Below are positions 1 through 7,460 of a stretch of 39,742 nt of DNA, piece by piece (within the stretch, counting starts at the first letter, position 1; each line of letters begins with the position of its first letter). The DNA comes from Deltaproteobacteria bacterium (GTDB lineage Bacteria > CG2-30-53-67), in the NCBI GenBank assembly GCA_013151235.1, contig JAADIO010000055.1, positions 1-39,742 of the forward strand. Reading direction: 5' to 3'. The position numbers and the translations under genes were made by a program. Below the pieces are notes generated by a model. It was not told where the DNA came from. It made no database searches and worked only from the letters and a program-made list of their open reading frames with translations.

Positions 1-38
1 AGGAGTACTTTTTTTTCTTGACAACTGTCAACCATATC

Positions 39-91
39 AGCCTGTCGAACCATGAACGGAATCCGAAAAACGACTTTTTACGACACCATCA
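39..91 (-). mobile_element. Truncated copy (one end) of the MITE at 25095-25275
   Basis: Reverse complement TGATGGTGTCGTAAAAAGTCGTTTTTCGGATTCCGTTCATGGTTCGACAGGCT nearly matches 25095-25147 (TGATGAAGTCGTAAAAAGTCGTTTTCCGGATTCCGTTCATGGTTCGACAGGCT). Confidence 0.8.
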
Positions 92-229
92 AGGTTTATT
101 GCAGAATCTTCGTCTTCGGGAATCTTCGAATCCGCACTCCCTCCATAATGTATCTTTATTGAAAGTAGGCGTGTATATTCCGTTCTGCTTTAAACACCTG
201 TCGCAGGCACGCCTTTCGAACTGGACTTG

Positions 230-424
230 ATCTGTATGGTCCGAGAATAACAAAGTCTGCCCCCGGGAGGTTCGGATAGTTGCCCATACCGCTATACAGC
301 GCTTTGTCGATGGGTTAGAAGGTAACATTTCCATCGCCCCCCTACCACCCAAGCTACATGACTCCGGCTTTTACCATGACGGGACTTGCACCCGTTAGTG
401 TATGCCGCCCTTCGCCGGGCACGC
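230..424 (-). mobile_element. 5' fragment (domain I) of a group II intron, IIC-like; no RT ORF or domain V visible
   Basis: Minus strand begins GCGTGCCCGGCGAAGGGCGGCATACACTAACGGGTGCAAGTCCCGT...GTAGCTTGGGTGGTAGGGGG...GACAAAG, resembling the GUGYGCCCGGC...GGGUGCAAGUCCCG 5' architecture of IIC introns. The left boundary is approximate. Confidence 0.55.
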
Positions 425-452
425 TCAAGATTAAAGACTTGATCCTCAATCT
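425..452 (+). repeat. TCAAGATTAAAGAC repeat, copy 1
   Basis: The same 14-mer occurs at 1240-1253 and 14385-14398, inverted at 1173-1186, and degenerate at 14338-14366. Confidence 0.85.
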
Positions 453-474
453 CCACTTATTCGTTTATAATTCC

Positions 475-519
475 TTGACGACAGCCCAAAGTTGTTGTAC
501 AATTTACACATAATGTACA
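475..519 (+). promoter_or_regulatory. Sigma70 promoter of the TA operon with two TGTACA operator boxes
   Basis: TTGACG (475-480), 17 bp spacer, TACAAT (498-503). TGTACA palindromes at 496-501 and 514-519 match the core of YefM-type operators. RBS GGAGG at 524-528. Confidence 0.75.
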
Positions 520-535
520 TTTTGGAGGTATCGTC

Positions 536-784
536 ATGATTACTGTAACTACAGCCGAAGCCAGAAGAAAACTTGCAGAAATCGTCAACAAGGTTAAGTA
601 TGGGAAAGAGCCTGTTGTCTTAACCCGAAGGGGCAAGGAAATTGTCGCTCTTGTTTCCATGGAAGAACTTGAACTGCTACAGTACATTGAAGATCGCATT
701 GATATTGAAGATGCCAGGAAAGCCCTTAAAGAGCCAGGTGAAAATATTCCGGCGGAAAAACTCTGGAAGGAGTTGGGGCTTTAA
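536..784 (+). CDS. Phd/YefM family antitoxin
   Basis: 82 aa; VTTAEARRKLAEIVNKV...EPVVLTRRGKEIVALVS Phd fold signature; acidic C-terminus; lies upstream of the toxin. Confidence 0.93.
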   Translation: MITVTTAEARRKLAEIVNKVKYGKEPVVLTRRGKEIVALVSMEELELLQYIEDRIDIEDARKALKEPGENIPAEKLWKELGL

Positions 785-787
785 TTC

Positions 788-1054
788 ATGAAATATTCTG
801 TTGAGTTCAGACCGTCCGTTCTGAAAAGCTTGAAGCGGCTTCCCAAAAAGGATTTGCGACGAATCAAGAAAAAGATAGATGACCTTTCAGAAAATCTGCC
901 TGACCCTTCCATCACCAAAATGAAGGGAAACAACTCTTTCCACAGGATACGATCCGGCGATTATCGAATTATATATGAAATACATAATGATCGGCTATTC
1001 ATCCTCGTTGTAAAGATCGGTCACCGGAAAGACGTTTATACAAAACTCCGATAA
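788..1054 (+). CDS. relE: RelE/StbE family mRNA interferase toxin
   Basis: 88 aa basic protein; RIRSGDYRIIYEI and VVKIGHRKDVY motifs; starts 3 bp after the antitoxin. Confidence 0.93.
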   Translation: MKYSVEFRPSVLKSLKRLPKKDLRRIKKKIDDLSENLPDPSITKMKGNNSFHRIRSGDYRIIYEIHNDRLFILVVKIGHRKDVYTKLR

Positions 1055-1131
1055 ACTGCGTACCCTTTCGTGAAACGGCTTTGTCAATACCCCCCCCCTC
1101 GTGGCCGGGCTCTTCCCGGATTTCATTCATG

Positions 1132-1177
1132 CGCACGGAATAGGGACGGGTCTTCGCACGGAATAGGGACGGGTCTT
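1132..1177 (+). repeat. Perfect 23-bp tandem duplication
   Basis: CGCACGGAATAGGGACGGGTCTT at 1132-1154 and 1155-1177. Confidence 0.95.
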
Positions 1178-1253
1178 TAATCTTGAATTTACTTCATCGT
1201 TCAGTATTCAATATTCTGTCCGACCCGCCCAACGGGATATCAAGATTAAAGAC
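1173..1253. repeat. Inverted pair GTCTTTAATCTTGA ... TCAAGATTAAAGAC (REP-doublet-like)
   Basis: 14-bp perfect inverted repeats at 1173-1186 and 1240-1253 with a 53-bp spacer. Confidence 0.85.
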
Positions 1254-1471
1254 CTGGTACCAAATATCGGTACCAAATCTCCTCCCGGATCAACTGCCTT
1301 TTCAAATCCCCCCTATCCCCCCTTTCGCTAAAGGGGGGGAGCACAAGGTCGTGGGCTATCGTTTTGATCTTCGCCTTTTCCCCGTGCCTCCCCGCCTGCC
1401 TGTGCGTGTCCGCACCTGTCTGCGTGCGGGCCGCCCGCACAGGCAGGCGCAGACAGGTGTTCCCCGTGGTT
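1240..1471 (+). repeat. Composite intergenic repeat mosaic, paralogous to 14385-14501
   Basis: Shares TCAAGATTAAAGACCTGGTACCAAAT, TTCGCTAAAGGGGGGG, GCACAAGGTCGTGG, ATCGTTTTGATCTT and CCCCG/TGTTCCCCGTGGTT in the same order as 14385-14501. Contains a CCCCCCTTTCGCTAAAGGGGGG hairpin. Confidence 0.9.
1395..1457. mobile_element. Nested short palindromic elements (33-bp copy inside a 30-bp copy)
   Basis: Outer CCTGCCTGTGCGTGTCCGCA|CGCAGACAGG; inner 1415-1447 reverse complement CCTGCCTGTGCGGGCGGCCCGCACGCAGACAGG. Absent from the paralogous sites at 14471-14500 and 38536-38565. Confidence 0.8.
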
Positions 1472-1551
1472 CAGGTCACGATCGCTTTTCATCTTGATTT
1501 CCCCGACGCGGTCCCCTATGATGGGCCAAAATTTTCAAAAGGACCTGTATA

Positions 1552-2559
1552 ATGCAAGTGATGGCGCTTCATTCCCCGAAACCGGTCTCTGAAAATCCGC
1601 TGGTTCCCGAGGAGGTGGACCTTCCCGAACCGGGCCCCGGCGAGATCCGGGTCAAGGTCTCCGTCTGCGGGATCTGCCATACCGATCTTCATACCGTGGA
1701 GGGGGACCTGCCTCTTCCCAGACTTCCACTGGTTCCCGGCCATCAGGTCGTGGGCGTGGTGGAGAAGTCCGGCAAAGGGGCAAAACGCTTTGCCGAGGGC
1801 GACCGGGTGGGACTGGCCTGGCTCCATTCCGCCTGCGGCGCCTGCTCTTTCTGCAGCACGGGGAGGGAAAACCTCTGCGAATCCGGCCGATTTACCGGGT
1901 ACCACACCGACGGGGGATATGCCGAATATACCGTCATCCACGAAGATTTCGCCTACCGCCTTCCCGAGCGGTTCCCCGACGAGGCGGCGGCGCCGCTTCT
2001 CTGCGCCGGGATCATCGGCTACCGGGCGCTGCGACTGAGCGGGATCAAACCGGGGGAACGTCTCGGCCTCTACGGCTTCGGCGCCTCGGCCCATGTAACG
2101 ATCCAGGTGGCCCGGCACCGGGGATGCGAGGTCTATGTCTTCAGCCGGGGGGAAAAGCACCTTAAACTTGCGGAAAAGCTCGGCGCCTGCTGGACGGGAC
2201 GGGCGGAGGAGACTCCGCCTCACCTCCTCGACGCCTCCATCATCTTTGCCCCGGCCGGCGGGATCCTACCGGAGGCGTTGCGGGTCCTCGAAAAAGGAGG
2301 GACCCTTGCCCTGGCGGGGATCACCATGTCGGACATCCCCTCTCTCGACTATACAAAACATCTCTACTTTGAAAAGATGGTCCGCTCCGTAGCAAACAGC
2401 ACCCGGCAGGACGGGGAGGAGCTTCTGAAAATCGCCGGCGAAATCCCGATCGAAACGGAAACGACCCTCTTCCCTCTCCGGGAGGCAAACCGGGCATTGC
2501 AACAATTAAAGGAAGGAAAAATCAACGGGGCCGGGGTGCTGAAGATTCTTCCGGATTAG
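1552..2559 (+). CDS. Zinc-binding alcohol dehydrogenase family protein (MDR)
   Basis: CGICHTDLH, GHQ, structural Zn CGACSFC...NLC, PLLCAG, GLYGFGASAH nucleotide-binding motif. Confidence 0.92.
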   Translation: MQVMALHSPKPVSENPLVPEEVDLPEPGPGEIRVKVSVCGICHTDLHTVEGDLPLPRLPLVPGHQVVGVVEKSGKGAKRFAEGDRVGLAWLHSACGACSFCSTGRENLCESGRFTGYHTDGGYAEYTVIHEDFAYRLPERFPDEAAAPLLCAGIIGYRALRLSGIKPGERLGLYGFGASAHVTIQVARHRGCEVYVFSRGEKHLKLAEKLGACWTGRAEETPPHLLDASIIFAPAGGILPEALRVLEKGGTLALAGITMSDIPSLDYTKHLYFEKMVRSVANSTRQDGEELLKIAGEIPIETETTLFPLREANRALQQLKEGKINGAGVLKILPD

Positions 2560-2649
2560 TATTGCTATTTCCGGGTTTTTATTAGACAATATCTACAAGG
2601 CATTCAATCACTTCCGCTCGTATATTCATATTCTACAAAGGAACCCGTT

Positions 2650-4218
2650 ATGCCGAACCGGTCGAGACAATTGTTCTGCAGAATTCCCGTACTGATCCTT
2701 GTTTTCGCCCTGTTCGCCTGCACCCACCTCCCCGCAAACCGGAAGCATACAGCGTCATCCCTCTCCCCGGCGAACACCTCTGCGGCAAAAACATCTCCGA
2801 AAAAGGAGGAATCCCCCCCTCCGGTGCCGGAGATGACCGACCAGCAGCGGATCGACAACGCCTTAGACGCCTACGAGGCATCCCAGGAAGACTGGGACCA
2901 GGGACTTTTCGATGATGCAATCAATCTGCTCGACCAGAGTTACGACCTGATCCTCGACATCCCCGCCGACCACGATCCCGACATCCTGCAACAGAAGGAG
3001 GACCTTCGACTCCTGATCTCCCGCCGGATTCTGGAGATCTACGCCTCCCGTTCCGGGGCAACCCTTGTCAACGGAGACGGAGCCATTCCCCTGGTGATGA
3101 ACAAGTATGTCAAAGAAGAAATCAAACGTTTTCAAACAAAGGAACGGAAGTATTTTATAGAATCCTACCGGCGCGCAGGAAAATACCGGGGCTACATTGA
3201 AGAGGAGCTGAGCAAGGCGGGACTCCCGAGGGAACTGGTCTGGCTCCCTCTCATCGAAAGCGGGTACAAGGACCATGCCCTCTCCCGGGCCCGGGCGCTG
3301 GGACTCTGGCAGTTCATCGCCTCTACCGGGGCCCGATTCAACCTCAAACGGGACCAGTGGGTCGACGAGCGGATGGATTTCAAGACCTCCACCCGGGCCG
3401 CCATTGCATATCTTACGGCCCTTCATAACCTCTTCGGAGACTGGACAACAGCACTGGCCGCCTACAACTGCGGCGAAGGGAATGTCCTTCGAGCCATTCG
3501 GGAACAGCGGGTGAACTACCTGGACAACTTCTGGGATCTCTACCCCATGCTTCCGCCGGAAACCGCCCGTTATGTGCCCCGTTTTCTGGCCACCCTGCAG
3601 ATCGTTAAAGACCCCGCCAAATACGGGTTCTCTGAACTGAAGGAAGACGCACCGTTGAAATTCGAGGAGGTCACGGTTGAAAAAGAGATGAAACTTTCCG
3701 ACGTTGCAAAATCATTGTCAGTCCCAACCCGGACACTCACCATGCTGAATCCCGCCCTCCGACAGAAGGTCACACCGAACTATGCCTACCTTCTCCGTGT
3801 CCCGCAGAAAAAGAGGGATCTCCTGACGGCAAAACTGGATCAGATCCCCCGGTGCAGGCTGGTCCTCCGTACCTACACCACCCATCGTGTTCGGCGGGGG
3901 GAAACCCTCTCCCAGATCGCAAGGCGTTATCACGCCTCGGTACGGACCATCTCCCGTCTCAACCGAATCCACAACGTCGCTCGTATCCGGATCGGCCAAC
4001 GGATCCGCGTGCCCCTCCGTCATCCCCGCAGTCATTTCAGCACCCTCGCGAAAGCCTCTGCCGGAAATTTTCGCAGGTACCGCGTGAAGCACGGCGACAC
4101 TCTCTGGTCGATCGCACGAAAACACAAGACTTCCGTCTCCGTCATCAAGCGGATCAATGGACTTTCATCAAACTATTTAAAACCGGGACAGATCTTGAGA
4201 GTTCCCGTGGAAACGTAA
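2650..4218 (+). CDS. mltD: MltD-like lytic murein transglycosylase with two LysM domains, probable lipoprotein
   Basis: Lipobox LFAC; SLT motifs IESG, GLWQF, AAYNCGEG, ETARYV; LysM HRVRRGETLSQIA and YRVKHGDTLWSIA. Confidence 0.9.
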   Translation: MPNRSRQLFCRIPVLILVFALFACTHLPANRKHTASSLSPANTSAAKTSPKKEESPPPVPEMTDQQRIDNALDAYEASQEDWDQGLFDDAINLLDQSYDLILDIPADHDPDILQQKEDLRLLISRRILEIYASRSGATLVNGDGAIPLVMNKYVKEEIKRFQTKERKYFIESYRRAGKYRGYIEEELSKAGLPRELVWLPLIESGYKDHALSRARALGLWQFIASTGARFNLKRDQWVDERMDFKTSTRAAIAYLTALHNLFGDWTTALAAYNCGEGNVLRAIREQRVNYLDNFWDLYPMLPPETARYVPRFLATLQIVKDPAKYGFSELKEDAPLKFEEVTVEKEMKLSDVAKSLSVPTRTLTMLNPALRQKVTPNYAYLLRVPQKKRDLLTAKLDQIPRCRLVLRTYTTHRVRRGETLSQIARRYHASVRTISRLNRIHNVARIRIGQRIRVPLRHPRSHFSTLAKASAGNFRRYRVKHGDTLWSIARKHKTSVSVIKRINGLSSNYLKPGQILRVPVET

Positions 4219-4286
4219 AAGGCAACGATCAGCGGTCAGCTTTCAGAAACTTCCGTATGTTCTTCACGGCCTTCATTTTGTTCAAT

Positions 4287-5513
4287 TCACGGCCGTCTCT
4301 TCTCCAGATGATCCACGACCGCCGCACCGACTGCGTCCCCCCAGACATTGACCATTGTCCGGCAACGGTCGAGCAGCCAGTCGACGGCGAGGATCATCCC
4401 GATCCCCTCGACGGGAAGCCCCACCGACTGCAGAACCAGGACCATCGTCACCAGTCCCGCCTCGGGAATTCCCGCCGCCCCGATGGCCGCGAGGGTCGCC
4501 GTGAGAAAGATCACCACCAATTCCCCGCCGCCAAGCGAAATCCCATAGCTCTGGGCAATGAAGATCGCCGCCACCGCCTCGTAGAGAGCCGTGCCGTCCA
4601 TGTTGATCGTCGCCCCAAGGGGAAGGACAAAGCCGGCGGTTTCGTTCGAGACCCCCGCCTCTTCCGTAACGCACTCCAGGGTCAGGGGAAGAGTGGACGA
4701 GGAGGATGCCGTGGCAAAGGCCGTCAGAAGCGCCTTGGCCAGTTGCCGGAAATACCGTCCGGGATTTCTCCCGGCAAGGAGATAAAGGATCATCGGCAGA
4801 ACGATCACTCCATGGATCGCAAGGCCGAGTACCACGGTGCCGACATATTTGCCGAGTTGTACCAGAAGGTCCCACACGGCTCCGCCGCCGCCCGTCGACC
4901 CGAGGCGAAAGGCAATGAGTCCGAAAATTCCCAACGGGGCAAAGTACATGATGCCGTGGACGATCTTCATCACCGCCTCGTTACAGGCGGAAAAAAACTG
5001 TGCAACAATCGTCTTCTCCTCTCCCAGCATGGAGAAGGCTACGCCGAAGAAAAGAGAGGCAACGATAATCGGCAGGATCTTCAACTCCATTGCCGCCTGC
5101 ACCAGGTTCGGATAAATCAGCCCGGTCAGGAGGTCAACAACGGAATAGGCTCCCTTTGTACGGACCGCCTCGGGGAGTGGTCCGCCGAAGGTCGGAAAAC
5201 CGACACCCGGTTTCAGAATCAAGACCAGAGCAATCCCGATCGCAACGGAAATCCCTGTCGTCAACATGTAGTAGAGCAAAGTTTTAATGCCCAGGGTCCC
5301 GAGACGGCGTACATCTCCCAGGCTCATAACACCCACGATAATCGAGGTGATGATGAGAGGAAGAACCATCATCTTCAGGGCGTTTAAAAAGAGGACTCCC
5401 AGCACCTCCGTATGGAGAGCTGCTTCAGGGAAAAAGGAGCCGAATGCAATGGCAAGAACGGCGCCCACCACAATCCAGAGAAGGAGGCCGGATCCACGGA
5501 CGGAAAGGTTCAT
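4287..5513 (-). CDS. Dicarboxylate/amino acid:cation symporter (DAACS, GltP-like)
   Basis: TASSSSTLP, GATINMDGTALYE, GAAGIP and DRCRT motifs. Start moved to ATG 5513 (MNLSV), which has an AAGGGG RBS. Confidence 0.93.
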   Translation of the reverse strand: MNLSVRGSGLLLWIVVGAVLAIAFGSFFPEAALHTEVLGVLFLNALKMMVLPLIITSIIVGVMSLGDVRRLGTLGIKTLLYYMLTTGISVAIGIALVLILKPGVGFPTFGGPLPEAVRTKGAYSVVDLLTGLIYPNLVQAAMELKILPIIVASLFFGVAFSMLGEEKTIVAQFFSACNEAVMKIVHGIMYFAPLGIFGLIAFRLGSTGGGGAVWDLLVQLGKYVGTVVLGLAIHGVIVLPMILYLLAGRNPGRYFRQLAKALLTAFATASSSSTLPLTLECVTEEAGVSNETAGFVLPLGATINMDGTALYEAVAAIFIAQSYGISLGGGELVVIFLTATLAAIGAAGIPEAGLVTMVLVLQSVGLPVEGIGMILAVDWLLDRCRTMVNVWGDAVGAAVVDHLEKRRP

Positions 5514-5529
5514 AAAATTATTTTCCCCT

Positions 5530-6219
5530 TCAATCCTTCCCGGTCGAGGAGGCGGCATCCGACACAGGGGGCGGGTTTATCATGGTTTGATCGACATCAG
5601 GGCGGGAATGAAAAATTCGTACGCGGCGCCCTTCGATCTTCAGGCGCCCTTCCGCAAAGAGACGAATCGCCTCGGGATAGATCCGGTGTTCCTGCCGCAG
5701 GATCCGGGTCCCCAGGCTCTTCCCATCATCGTCCGGAAGGACGGGCACCACGGCCTGAATGATAATCGGCCCCGAGTCCATCCCTTCATCAACAAAATGG
5801 ACGGTACATCCCGAGAAGCGGACTCCATAGTCGGCGGCCTTGGTCTGCACATGGATTCCGGGAAATGCCGGGAGGAGGGCGGGATGGATGTTCATGATCC
5901 GACCGGGGAAGGCCCGGACAAAGTCCGGTGAGATAATCCGCATGTAGCCGGCGAGGATCACCAGTTCAACCCGGGCCTCCTTCAGGGCTGCAATCATTGC
6001 CCGGTCGTGATCCTCCCGCTTTCTGAAATCCGCCGGCATGATGATCCGCCGGGGGATCCCATGCCGCTCCGCCCGGTCCAAGACGCCGGCATCCGGATTG
6101 TCCGTCAGGAGAAGAACCATTTCGGCAGGCAGTCTCCCCGCCTCAATCTGATCAATAATCGACTGGACATTGGAACCACCGCCCGAGGCAAGAGCGCCGA
6201 TCCGGAGTTTTCCCGTCAT
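5530..6219 (-). CDS. purN: Phosphoribosylglycinamide formyltransferase
   Basis: [48 protein letters not shown] overlap with purM. Confidence 0.97.
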   Translation of the reverse strand: MTGKLRIGALASGGGSNVQSIIDQIEAGRLPAEMVLLLTDNPDAGVLDRAERHGIPRRIIMPADFRKREDHDRAMIAALKEARVELVILAGYMRIISPDFVRAFPGRIMNIHPALLPAFPGIHVQTKAADYGVRFSGCTVHFVDEGMDSGPIIIQAVVPVLPDDDGKSLGTRILRQEHRIYPEAIRLFAEGRLKIEGRRVRIFHSRPDVDQTMINPPPVSDAASSTGKD

Positions 6220-7253
6220 CGGAAGTGTACCTCCCCCTTCCCTTTGCGAATCTCCCCAATTTTCCAGGCGGACGTTCCCAACTCTTCCAAGTCTGCCAGA
6301 ACATCCTGCGCATCCTCCGGAGAAACAATCAGTACAAAACCGATTCCCATATTGAAGGTACGGTACATCTCCTCTTCCGGAACATGGCCGTGCCCGGCCA
6401 GCCAGGGAAAAACCGGCGGGATTTCCCAGCTCCCACGCTGCAACTCCACGGTACAGCCCTCCGGCAGCACCCGGGGAAGATTTCCGGGCAGCCCCCCCCC
6501 GGTGATGTGAGACAATCCCTTGAGATCGTACCGATCCAGGAGAGGCAGAACGGTCTTCACATAGATCTCCGTCGGTTCCAGCAGGACCTCGCCGTAAGGA
6601 CGGTCAAAAGGGGCGGCTTCCCGGTTCAGGTCGACCCCCATCCGGTCCAAAACAATCTTACGCACAAGGGAATAACCGTTGCTGTGAATCCCTGTTGAAG
6701 CAAGACCAAGGACCTGATCGCCCGGAACAACGGCGGACCCGTCGATGATCCGGGAACGCTCCACCACCCCCACGGCAAAACCGGCCAGGTCGTACTCTTC
6801 ATTACCGTAGAAATCAGGCATCTCCGCCGTCTCCCCGCCGATCAGGGCGCACCCCGCCTGCCGGCACCCCTCCACAATCCCTTTCACCACATCAGCGCTC
6901 CGTTTGACTTTCAGCCTCCCCGTCGCCAGGTAGTCGAGAAAGAAGAGGGGTCGCGCCCCGGAGACAAGAATATCGTTGACGCACATGGCAACAAGATCGA
7001 TCCCGATCGTATCGTGACGTCCCGTGAGGAAGGCAAGCTTCAGTTTCGTCCCTACACCGTCCGTCCCGGAGACCAGGACAGGTTCCCTGTACCGGCCCGG
7101 CTCCAGGGCAAAGAGTCCGCCGAAACCGCCGAGGCCGGTCATCACCTCCGGACCGAAGGTCGTCTTGACCATCGGAGCAATCGCCCGGACAAAGGCCTCG
7201 CCCGCATCGATATCGACACCGGCATCTTTATAAGTCAGTTTTTTTCCGGTCAT
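6216..7253 (-). CDS. purM: Phosphoribosylformylglycinamidine cyclo-ligase (AIR synthetase)
   Basis: [44 protein letters not shown]. Confidence 0.98.
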   Translation of the reverse strand: MTGKKLTYKDAGVDIDAGEAFVRAIAPMVKTTFGPEVMTGLGGFGGLFALEPGRYREPVLVSGTDGVGTKLKLAFLTGRHDTIGIDLVAMCVNDILVSGARPLFFLDYLATGRLKVKRSADVVKGIVEGCRQAGCALIGGETAEMPDFYGNEEYDLAGFAVGVVERSRIIDGSAVVPGDQVLGLASTGIHSNGYSLVRKIVLDRMGVDLNREAAPFDRPYGEVLLEPTEIYVKTVLPLLDRYDLKGLSHITGGGLPGNLPRVLPEGCTVELQRGSWEIPPVFPWLAGHGHVPEEEMYRTFNMGIGFVLIVSPEDAQDVLADLEELGTSAWKIGEIRKGKGEVHFR

Positions 7254-7279
7254 TGCAACTCCTGTTCTTTCTCTTCGAG

Positions 7280-7450
7280 CTTTGTGCCTCTGTGCCTCGG
7301 CATCTTTATGTCTTTATCCCCGTGCTCTCCGCCTGATCCGTGGTGAATCGCTTTTGACTTTGGCCTTGCCTTTTCTTCAAGATCTTCATGTCCTTCATGG
7401 TGAAGCTTTTCAGCCTTTGATTTTACTCTGTGCCCCTTTGCCTTTGTGCC
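7280..7450 (+). repeat. Array of short periodic CYYYRTG-type motifs with pyrimidine-rich spacers
   Basis: CTTTGTGCCTCTGTGCC; CCCCGTGCTCTCCG...TCCGTGGTGAA; CTTCAAGATCTTCATGTCCTTCATGGTGAA; CTCTGTGCC...CTTTGTGCC. Confidence 0.7.
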
Positions 7451-7460
7451 CGGCTTCTCG

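Noticed and set aside
425-1253. Classical integron cassette interpretation of the TA module
   Set aside because: No RYYYAAC...GTTRRRY attC structure at the boundaries and no integrase in the window; kept only as an analogy.
1183-1497. Short ORFs in repeat regions (also 7250-7540, 14286-14770, 28331-28823, 38245-38594)
   Set aside because: They are translations of repeat mosaics (PPFAKGG, HEGHE, TTETTE type peptides) with no coding evidence.
1738-1746. GHQ instead of GHE in the alcohol dehydrogenase
   Set aside because: Zinc ligands are intact and this variant is, to my recollection, common in this subfamily, so it is not evidence of novelty.
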